Positions 1 through 10,523 of a stretch of DNA of 64,000 nucleotides are shown in pieces. The notes beneath the pieces are model-generated. The model was not told where the DNA came from and made no database searches. It was given only the letters and a program-made list of their open reading frames with translations. Source of the stretch: Octopus sinensis. Taxonomy: Eukaryota. Within the stretch, counting starts at the first letter, position 1, and each line of letters opens with the position of its first letter. Position numbers and translations under genes: made by a program. The stretch lies in the NCBI RefSeq assembly GCF_006345805.1, contig NC_042997.1:109988001-110052000 (forward strand), in the 5' to 3' direction.

Positions 1-145
1 CGTACCAGTAACTTAGCGGTTCTACGAAAGAGACTGATAGAATAAGTACAAGGCTTACAAAGAAGAAGTCCCGGGGTCGATGTGTTCTATTAAAGGCGAT
101 GCTCCAGCATGGCCGCAGTCAAATGACTGAAACAAATAAAAGAAT
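1..145 (+). mobile_element. SINE family F2, 3' part (cut by window edge)
   Basis: Matches the 3' half of the other F2 copies, ending AAAGGCGATGCTCCAGCATGGCCGCAGTCAAATGACTGAAACAAATAAAAG. Confidence 0.85.
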
Positions 146-203
146 TCAATTCGCTTGCCGGATTCCTGCCAATGAAATCTGTCAAACCATCCACAAATTT
201 GAA

Positions 204-590
<387 letters not shown>

Positions 591-917
591 ATGTGTAAGT
601 TTGTGTAGGTGTGTGTGTGATTATATTAATTATGGATGGTAAAACAAATGGATACACCTGTCAAGGTTATCATTTGAGGTGTGACATCGATCATATTTTG
701 TTACTGAAACAACACACATACAAACATTCACATACTTCCCTTCTACACGCACGCACACATACACACATATACTCACGCAGAGTTGAAACGATGTGTGATC
801 TTTTTTTACCGTAGGATTTGCCATCAACCCTTCCTTCCTTATTCATCTATCACCCCTTCCTTTCTCATTCATATGTTGTGACGGAGAAACACACAAGAGT
901 ATCATTATAGTAGAATA

Positions 918-979
<62 letters not shown>

Positions 980-980
<1 letters not shown>

Positions 981-1235
981 CGGGAAGCTTTATGAAAATA
1001 GACAAAAGACGAAGGCAGGTTTACGGAAATAAACAAAAGACGAAGGCAGGTGGAATACAAACAAACAATTGTATTAGTATGGCGCTCAGGAAATATAAAT
1101 AAAACAAGTCTTAACGTTTCGAGCCTACGCTCTTCAACAGAAAGATACACAGAGAAAAAAAACAGAAAGAAGGAGAGAAAAAAATGCGTGCAGAGGCTAG
1201 CGAATCAACATGGCGATATATATATATTATATATA
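980..1235 (-). mobile_element. Penelope-like terminal-repeat fragment
   Basis: Lies between (AT)n tracts and carries a hammerhead-like core (minus strand CTGTTGA-A-GAGC-GTAG-GCTC-GAAACGT); a short related fragment (AAAAGACGAAAACAGGTGG) sits near 41500. Confidence 0.5.
1108..1146 (-). ncRNA. Degenerate minimal hammerhead ribozyme core
   Basis: ATCTTT CTGTTGA A GAGC GTAG GCTC GAAAC GT T AAGAC; A6 replaced by U relative to CUGANGA. Confidence 0.5.
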
Positions 1236-1266
1236 TATATATATTATATATATATATATATATAGG

Positions 1267-1406
1267 TAAATGTAAAAAAACACAAACTGGGACAAGAACG
1301 CAAAACATTTAGAAGACGATACAAAAAAAAAACGGACGGGACATTCGAAGCCTTCGATCTACAGTCAAGAACCGGATCATCTTTGCAATTTCGGCTGATT
1401 AATCTT
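1267..1406 (-). mobile_element. Interspersed repeat (Penelope-like terminus?), copy 1 of 3
   Basis: Aligns by eye to 5952-6085 (+) and 51580-51705 (-): GATGATCCGGTTCTTGACTG(A/T)AGA...TTCGAATGTCC...TATCGTCTTCTA. Confidence 0.6.
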
Positions 1407-1511
1407 ATATATATATATTATATATATAAACAATCATCAAGTTGGTTATTCGCAATTTACAACCGAAAGGCAACGATTATAGTCGTTATGTATGTGTGTG
1501 TGTGTATATAT

Positions 1512-1554
<43 letters not shown>

Positions 1555-1711
1555 AGAGAGAGAGAGAGAGAGAGAGAGATAAAACAGGGGACAACTGATT
1601 GTTCTTTATGTTGCCTGTCTCGTGTTTCTATTTGTTTCTTTCGTTGTGCAAAAAAATCTCGTTTTCCATACATATACATGTAGGTACGTACATATATGTA
1701 TGTATACATGC

Positions 1712-1743
<32 letters not shown>

Positions 1744-2043
1744 CAAAGCAAAAAGCAGAAAATGGTTTGAAAACTTTATTACCATGGATTATAGGAAGAG
1801 ATCGTTTACATTTTCATCAATAACAAAGTAAATACATTCTTCCATCCATGACAAACCTGTCAAAGCGCTTTCTTCATTTTTCTTTTTCATATAAATTTAC
1901 TCGTGTGGAACCTCTTAATCTTTTCAAGACATACACACATACATAAACACTTCTATACTCAGTGTTATATACTGTGACACAAGCGAAACATATTACATAC
2001 GCATATGCTGCATTCATACAAATACATTCAAATACAATATATT

Positions 2044-2433
2044 GATTTCAGATTCTGACACAAGGCCTGCAATTTTAAGGGAGGGAGTAAATCGCTTTCA
2101 TCAACCCCACTGCTATTTTTTTTCTAACCCCGAAAGAATGAAAGGCAAAGTCGACCACGGCTGAGTTTGAACTCACAACGTAGAGATAGAGCAAATGCTG
2201 CTAAATATTTTTCCCGACCTGCTAACGGTTCTGCCAGTTCGTCGCCTTACACAAGGCCAGCAATTTCAGGGGAGGGGGTAAGTCAATTACAGCAATCCCA
2301 GTGTTCACCGCCTTAAAAGGATGAAAGGCAAAGTCAACCTCGGCTGAATTCGAACTCAGAATGTAAGGATGGACGAAATGTTGCTGAGCATTTTGTCCGG
2401 CGTGCTAATGATTCTGCCACCTCGTCGCCTTAC
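2044..2433 (-). mobile_element. Tandem dimer of SINE F1 (tail type B)
   Basis: Two head-to-tail units, each with GGCGACGA..TGGCAGAA head, GAGTT(C/T)GAA B-box and GGCCTTGTGT tail; flanked by a 16-bp direct repeat (2028-2043, 2434-2449, 1 mismatch). Confidence 0.8.
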
Positions 2434-3546
2434 TCAAACACAATATATTAATATAACCTATTCATGGGTCTACTTTATTAGCCAGGGTGAAGAATATCAG
2501 TATCAGGAGAGACAGGGAAACCTTTAAGTGGTCATTCCACATGCGAGAAATAGAAGGAAGGAGAAAAGTTGTTGTTGAGAGAAAAATACAGTGAGACAAA
2601 GTCTGAGTGAGAGAGAGAGAGAATGTGTGTGTGTGCGTGGCAGTGTGCGAGTGCGTGTGTGTGTGTGTGAGGAGAGAGAGAGAGAGGGATTGGCAAATAG
2701 CTTGTGTAATCACCCTAGCGACTCAAGTTTTCATTTGAATCGCAGGAATTTTATGGGCAAGTCTGTCAACACAACGCAACACAGACTTCAAAGAAGACTA
2801 TATATATATATATGATGCCTATAGCTTTTGGGGGGTTGTGTGTGGGGGATGTTTTTATGTCTTTGAACATATAGATATCGCAACACAGACTTTAGGAAAA
2901 GACTAACTTTGAACAATTTATGAAGGTACGTGCATGATTAAGATATACATTTGCTGGCAGCGTAGTGACGTATCTGGACGGCTGAACGTGCGCCAAAAAA
3001 CGTAAACGAGGGCGTTCCTACATTCATATCTAGTAACAGTTATACCTAATACCTTTTCGTTATATTGTGTATTTGTTTTTGCATCTAATATTTGTTATTG
3101 ATTTTCTATGATAATGAAGCTGCTTTTGCATACAAAGATGGAGAAGAAATCTTGTGGGACAGACGCTATTTTAACGACGTACTTATTTTAATCACTTGAG
3201 GAGATACATCTACTCAGACGCATACACCTAAACCAGATTTTCAGTATCCCACCCGTGAGGAATTGATGCTAGATTGGTTGAAACAATTGTAGTGATCAAT
3301 AATCTTTTTTGTTTCTTCCATCTTCCGTTTCTCTCATTAATCAAATATATGTGTGTGTGTATGTATGTATGCATGTATGTATTTTAATGTCGGAGTTATC
3401 CCAGTTACCTGAGTTACCTTCTCCTTGAAGGAGGCCCCAACAAAGGCTAGGTTTAACCGCGCGATCGGGTAATCAGTCCGATTATTTCTATGTCCCCGCG
3501 CATGATACAACCTTAAGACATTTATTGGATGGCCGTTGACTATCAA

Positions 3547-4287
3547 GAGTTCCTCCGGTGTGAAAGTATAGAAGCTCTTGTGTTAATGCAAAGACTCAGA
3601 TGGAGTGGTCATCTGGTCAGGATGAAGGATTCAAGGATGTCAAAACAACTCTTTTATGGAGAGTTAGCTTAAGGAGAACGACCTCCACATAAACCAAACA
3701 GAGGTATAAGGACTTGCTGAAAGCATCCTTAAGAGATGCTTGCATCCCTCCTGACACATGGGAAGGCATAGCTATTGATCGTAGCAGGTGGAGAAGGATT
3801 GTGCACGAGGGGACAGCTACTTTTGAGAAATCTTGAGTTGCACATGAGAAAATAAGGAGGGATGTCAGGAAGGGCGTCACTGTTACACTTCCAGATGGGA
3901 AGGGTCTTCCTATGATGCTGACATGCAGTGTCAGAGCAAGACCCTGCCTCAGTAAAGCTGGACTCAAGAGTCATCTTCGTAGTCATAAAGCGAGACAGAT
4001 GAGTGACAACCTGGCCACTGGTGGTGGTGTAACACGCCATACTAATAATATCTGTCGGGAATGTGGAAGAGAGTGTAATTCGGCAGGAGGACTTAAACGA
4101 GATGCAAAGGTACATGAAGCCCAGTTGCAACTACAGCCGACTATTATCGGTAAAGGTTTTAGCTGCCAATTCTGTACAAGACATTGTAGATCTTTAGCTG
4201 GGCTAAAAAGTCACATTCGATCACAGCACCAATAACAGTTAAGCTTCGTGCAATGGCCATACTCGATAACGAGGGGGCAGCCATCAT
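3547..4287 (+). mobile_element. RTE-clade LINE, 3' end of ORF2 (decayed) with three zinc-finger-like motifs
   Basis: Translation ESIEALVLMQRLRWSGHLVRMKDSRMSKQLFYGEL*...RYKDLLKASLRDACIPPDTWEGIAIDRSRWRRIVHEG, typical of the RTE C-terminus; stops and a frameshift. Confidence 0.9.
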
Positions 4288-4294
4288 GTATTTT

Positions 4295-4544
4295 AATAAT
4301 AATAGTATTTCTATATAAGCTTAAAGGTTATGGCGATCACCGTGCTATGACTAAGGAAAATAGTCTAATAAAGGGGCATATAAGCCCTCGAGAGGAAAAA
4401 AGAATGATTCCCTATCCCACGCAGGTACGAAAGCCTTCGTTTTTCTGCCGTTGGATTATATGCCCCATTATTAGACTATTTTCCTTAGTCATAGCACGGT
4501 GATCGCCATAAGCTTTAAGTTTATATAAAAATACCATTATTATT
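4295..4544. mobile_element. MITE-like palindromic element, 89-bp arms, 72-bp spacer
   Basis: 4295-4383 is the reverse complement of 4456-4544 with 5 mismatches. Confidence 0.75.
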
Positions 4545-4964
4545 ATTTACAGGATTGTAAGATACGGCACCATATAAAAAAATATTCATACCGAGAACAT
4601 ATATATATATATTTACATATATATCACTTGGGATATTGCAGAAACAGTTGTAACACATCCAATAATTAACTAATTAACTAATTAATTAATTACTTCAAAT
4701 TCAGCTTACTCAAATTTAATATTCTAAATGACTTGAGATACACGTCCTACTTTGTTTCTGCTGGGTTTTTTTCCCTCCAATATACACCTGCTAACTCAGA
4801 GTCCTACTACGGATCCCCAGCTCAAGCAGTATCAGCTGTGAACTTGTAACCTAACGGATTGTCAATTATAGCACTTACACAGCGTACTTATTCGTTTAGA
4901 TCACCAGCGAACTAAACCTCTCATAGTCTTCATGTATATATATGCGTATAAATATATTAATATA

Positions 4965-5002
<38 letters not shown>

Positions 5003-5012
5003 CATACACGTT

Positions 5013-5049
<37 letters not shown>

Positions 5050-5085
5050 CGTACGCACATGCGTTTTTCTATATATACATAGGTG

Positions 5086-5375
5086 CAGGAGTGGTTGTGT
5101 AGTAAGAAGTCGGCGGGCGCTTTTCGTCTTCTCCCATCCTTATCAGCCTTGTATCATTATCATTCATCTTATTAATGACCGTGTCCAGCCCGCAAGCTTC
5201 CCTGTGTGCTGCCCTTGTGGCAAATTTAATGAAATGAAATAAAGAAGTTTGCTTCCCAACCACACACTTCTGGCTTTAGTCCCAATGCTTGACATCTAAG
5301 GCAAGTGTTCTGCGAGTTGATTTGGTAGCTGGAAACTACAAAAATCCCATCCTGTGTATATGTGTGTGTGTGTCA
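5086..5375 (+). mobile_element. SINE F2 5' part, interrupted by a 131-bp insertion
   Basis: AGGAGTGGTTGTGTAGTAAGAAGT|insert|TTGCTTCCCAACCAC...; AAGAAGT duplicated at 5104-5110 and 5242-5248. Confidence 0.75.
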
Positions 5376-5951
5376 GAGTAAGTAGTTCTATGTAACAAAA
5401 AGTTTCGCGGACCTCTTGCAGAAACTTGTCAGTTATCCAAGCATGAAACAGAAGCCTGTATGAAACGAGTTTCTCTTAGAAGCCCGCAGAACTTTAAGTA
5501 GCATAGAACTCAGCCGGATCAAACTGTTTTGAATAATGTGTGTGTATGTGTGTGTGTGCGTGTGCCTCTGTGTGTTTGTGTCTATACACACACACGCACA
5601 TACATACACGCGCACACACACACATATATACATACAGACAACCGCCATTCATCTCCACCCATTCTGTACAATTCCTTATTTACATATGAGATCGTGTTCT
5701 GTATTTTGTCATTATTTCCATCTCGTAGAAATTAATTTTTTTTTACAAGTTGATTATATTAAAAAAAATAAAAAATTCTATGAATATGGACAGGCATACA
5801 CAGATACTTTGAACAATATATGTATGACGGTATACTTGAAACTTACACATACACACAAAGGCAAAAATACATCTATGTATGTGTGTCTGCATGTTTGCAT
5901 AAATATGCGCATATATACAAAGATATATATGTATATACGTATGTATATACA

Positions 5952-6085
5952 TATTAATCAGCCGAAATTACTACGATGATCCGGTTCTTGACTGAAGACT
6001 GAGGGTTCGAATGTCCTGTCCATGTTTATTGTATCGTCTTCTATGAGTTATACGTTCTTGTCCATGTTGTATTTTTTACATACCT
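5952..6085 (+). mobile_element. Interspersed repeat (Penelope-like terminus?), copy 2 of 3
   Basis: Homologous to 1267-1406 and 51580-51705. Confidence 0.6.
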
Positions 6086-6134
6086 TTATATATATATATA
6101 TATATATATATACGTATATATATGTATATACGTA

Positions 6135-6176
<42 letters not shown>

Positions 6177-6214
6177 AATATATATATATGTAAATTGAAT
6201 CTTTATATATATGC

Positions 6215-6248
<34 letters not shown>

Positions 6249-6567
6249 TTACGTAAATTTAATGTGTATATATGTATATGTAAGTGGGTGTGTATAAAAA
6301 CAACGTGTTTATATAGGTTTCTCCTGATGCATGCGTGAGTGGTTTTACATATGTAAGCAAATATTTTCTTATACACATCAATGTGCATGTCAGCTTTGTT
6401 TTAGGAAACCAATTAAGTATGTAAATGTCATTTAAATAAATAACTGCACACACATGTATGTGTGTGCATGTCTGTGTGTATGTGTGTGTGTGTCTATATA
6501 CAGTGGTATGCGTATGTTAGTGATGATATATTTGTCTGTTTGGCTCGTTCTATGTGTAGCTATATTC

Positions 6568-6639
<72 letters not shown>

Positions 6640-6843
6640 GGGTGTGTGTGTGTGTGTGTGTCTGTGTGTGTGTCTGTGTCTGTGTTAATGTTACCTAACA
6701 AAACAATTTTTACTAAAGATTTCTCAAAATGTTTATGTTGTTAACGTCTGTCGCTAGTGAATTACTATCGGAATTTCATACTAGGTGTCCACATCGTGGA
6801 TTTATGAAAGAAATAAAAATTCCATTGTATTAATTTTCACATG

Positions 6844-6845
<2 letters not shown>

Positions 6846-6937
<92 letters not shown>

Positions 6938-6991
6938 TATAGATAGATAGATGGATAAAGAAAGATAGATAGATAAAGATAGATAGATAGG

Positions 6992-7078
<87 letters not shown>

Positions 7079-7104
7079 GTAGATAGATAGATAGACAGAC
7101 ATAC

Positions 7105-7182
<78 letters not shown>
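6846..7182. repeat. (GATA)n microsatellite
   Basis: Direct reading. Confidence 0.98.
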
Positions 7183-7448
7183 GCAGGCAGGCAGACAAAC
7201 TGAGAGAGAAAGTGGGAGATGAGGATGAAGGGAGGGAGATGAAATGTGTGTTTAAGCATTTGAATTGAGTGATGTTTACATTACACCAATGCAGTTTATG
7301 TTGGAGTGGAAAGGGCAAAGGATCTTTGATACACATTCATGACTACACCGTTAGATATACACATATATATATATTATATATATATACATTCAGAGAAACA
7401 TACACATTAGTTTGCTTATGTGTGTGTGTGTGAAAGAGAGAGAGAGAG

Positions 7449-7555
<107 letters not shown>

Positions 7556-7557
7556 TT

Positions 7558-7602
<45 letters not shown>

Positions 7603-8127
7603 ATATGTATTTCTATGTCTAAATATGTCACTGCATATGTTTGTTGCAAATGAGTCTGAGACTGGTTTGATAGTTAACGTAATTTATGGAAGTCGCGGGA
7701 GGGTTTTAGCGTTGATTAAAATGACACCAATGTGATATTTGGTTCAACAAAGATCAACACCAATACCGCGTTTGGTTCGACACAGATCGTAGAATCAAAA
7801 TATTGGAAGTCATTCAGTTCGCTTCGTCTACGATCTTTATCTCTAAACCGATTCCGATATCGATTTCAGACATCAACACGTCTGTAATAAAAGTACACTT
7901 CATTAGATCGATCCGAGTTCGTGTTGTGCTTTTTTTTTTATTTTTCATCGTCGCTTTATGAAAGACAGTATTCACCTCCGCTAGAATTTATAATAGAAAG
8001 TTAAGAAGAACCGTTCAGAAATTATGTATTACGTAACGTAGATTTCTGATGACCTATTGACACTATTATACTACTCTCTCTTACCCCCTCTCACTCTCTC
8101 TTTCCACACACACACACATACACGCAT

Positions 8128-8197
<70 letters not shown>

Positions 8198-8199
<2 letters not shown>

Positions 8200-9005
8200 G
8201 TTTCTTTATTAGCCACACAGGGCCGAACACAGAGGGGGCAAAAATACGATATAGAGCTTTTCTTTTCGAAAATCTAAAAAAGGAGAAAAATAAAATTCCA
8301 ATCAAGAGGGATCGTGTATCATAGAAAAATTTTTAAAGTCTAAAAAGTAAGATTAGATTTATCCGTGGAAAGAAAAGCCTACGGAAAAGACCACGGTAAC
8401 TTCAGGCAGGGCAGGGAGGGAATAAACACATTAGAGCAAAGTGCCCCCCCCCCACTCTCTCTCTTCGATTTACCAGATCTTGCTCAAAGTGGTTTCGTCA
8501 CTCGCACGCACCATCTTTGCTACATCCACCCACCTTTTTTTGAAACTTTCACGAGACAAAACCTGCATCTCCATTCTCAACTTTCTTCTCAAGTGGTACT
8601 TGAAAAATTTGGTGAGTAATTGGCCAGAGAGGTAAGTGTTTGTCCCCAATCCTTTCGCTCGAGTCCGCCACACACATTTTTTGACCATGGCCACCAGTAC
8701 GAAGAAGACTGCCTTGCTTTCCCGGCTGAAGGCAGGAGGCGGAGCAATCCAGATGACAGACTTGGCCGACAAGCGGACTCGTCCCACACGTGACAGCAGC
8801 CGTTCACAGGTCTGAAATGGTTGGACACTGCACGAGTGCGAAGAGAACGGATTCGTCGCTCTGACCGCATCTCGGGCAAGTCGGTCCGGTGTATCTCGAA
8901 CCGTGCCTGTAGAGCTTATCCTGAACAGGTAATGCTTCTCGATAGCACTGCCAGGCCAGGTATCTTTGGTGATTGTCCAGAGGTCCCGGCTCGAAAATTG
9001 TCCTC
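8198..9005 (-). mobile_element. 5'-truncated Tx1/L1-clade LINE (C-terminal zinc-binding region plus 3' UTR)
   Basis: Minus-strand ...[14 protein letters not shown]...CPRCGQSDESVLFALVQCP (zf-RVT-like) and ...MVKKCVWRTR...; ends TAATAAAGAAA; (GATA)n on both sides. Confidence 0.85.
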
Positions 9006-9079
<74 letters not shown>

Positions 9080-9242
9080 CAGACAGACAGACAGAGACAG
9101 ACAGACAGACAGAGACAGACAGACAGACAGAGACAGACAGACAGACAGATATATAGGTAGATAGATAGATAGATAGATTGATAGATAGATAGATAGATAA
9201 AGAGAGAGACAAACAGGTAGAAATACAGAGAGACAGACAGAA

Positions 9243-9285
<43 letters not shown>

Positions 9286-9326
9286 TAAATAGATAGATAG
9301 ATTGATAGATAGATAGATAGATAGAT
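9006..9326. repeat. Compound (GATA)n/(GA)n/(GACA)n microsatellite
   Basis: Direct reading. Confidence 0.97.
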
Positions 9327-9525
9327 GTAAATGTACATACGGAGGTAAGCATATATTATTTCTAATATACGTCCGTTTGTCTAGTTCTATCGTTTGTTTA
9401 GTTTTTAAGTTACTGAATTTTTAGGAAACTGTCTTAAGCGCACCAGAAATACTACTGGTTGACATTACTCGACTAGCTAGAAAGAACAGCAGATCTCGCC
9501 CTCTTTCTTTCTCTTTCTCTCTCCC

Positions 9526-9567
<42 letters not shown>

Positions 9568-9879
9568 ACATTATATACTCGCATCGCAGAAAGAAGGAAG
9601 AACAAACTGAAGAGCTAATTAGCTCATATACAACACCAAAAACAAAAAAAGAAAACAGTGCTGCCACGGTTGGAACGCTTTTGTCCATAGGCCTAATTAA
9701 GTGAACCTGCGCTCGGACTAAACACGAACAACAACAACATCTACTACTTCTCCAATTGTAATTCACTGACTTTCAGTCATTTATTTCAGTTGTTGCTTAG
9801 AAACGTATATTTTTACTGTGGTTGCGACCGTATGATGATATCTACTTTTATGAGACCTACATGTGTGGTATAATATGTA

Positions 9880-9950
9880 TGACATCACATGTACGATTAC
9901 CACATGTATGATATTCACATGTATGATACCCACATGTATGATATCCGCAT
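9880..9950. repeat. Minisatellite of about 15 bp, CACATGTATGATA(TT/CC), roughly 4-5 units
   Basis: Direct reading. Confidence 0.8.
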
Positions 9951-9959
9951 ACAACCTCT

Positions 9960-10192
9960 AAGGCGGCGAGCTGACACAAACGTTAGCGCGCCGGGCGAAA
10001 TGCTTAGCGGTATTTCGTCTGTCTTTATGTTCTGAGTTCAAATTCCGCCGAGGTCGACTTTGCCTTTCATCCTTTCGGGGTCGATAAATAAAGTACCAGT
10101 TACGCACTGGGGTAGATGTTATCGACTTAATCCGTTTGTCTGTCCTTGTTTGTCCCCTCTATGTTTAGCCCCTTGTGGGCAATAAAAAAATA
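9960..10192 (+). mobile_element. Full-length SINE F1 (tail type A)
   Basis: tRNA-like head with B-box GAGTTCAAATTCC, central GAGGTCGACTTTGCCTTTCATCCTTTCGGGGTCGAT domain, tail CCCCTCTATGTTTAGCCCCTTGTGGGCAATAAA; 18-bp TSD (9942-9959, 10193-10210, 2 mismatches). Confidence 0.92.
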
Positions 10193-10254
10193 TATCCACA
10201 TATAACCTCTTGGTTCCCCTCCCTCTCTCAGCTGGGAGGTCCCTTGTCTTGCAA

Positions 10255-10523
10255 GCTCACGAGTACCAGTGCAACGTAAACAATAGCCGTGTTGGTGCCA
10301 CACATAAAACACGAACACTGGTTTTGGCTCCACATAAAACGCATCCACTACACTCTGTGAAGTGGTTGGCATTAGGAAGGGCATCCAGCCATAGAAGGTG
10401 AGCCAAAACAGACAATTGGAGTCTTGTGCAGCTCTACGGCTTTCCAGGTCCTATCAAACCGCCCAACCCATACCAGCGTGGAAAACGGACATTGAGCGAT
10501 GATGATGATGATGATGATGATGA
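10255..10523 (+). mobile_element. SINE/LINE 3' part with RTE-like or Ceph-like domain and (GAT)n tail
   Basis: GGTTGGCATTAGGAAGGGCATCCAGCC motif, then GGAAAACGGACATTGAGCGATGATGATG; family assignment from memory. Confidence 0.6.
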
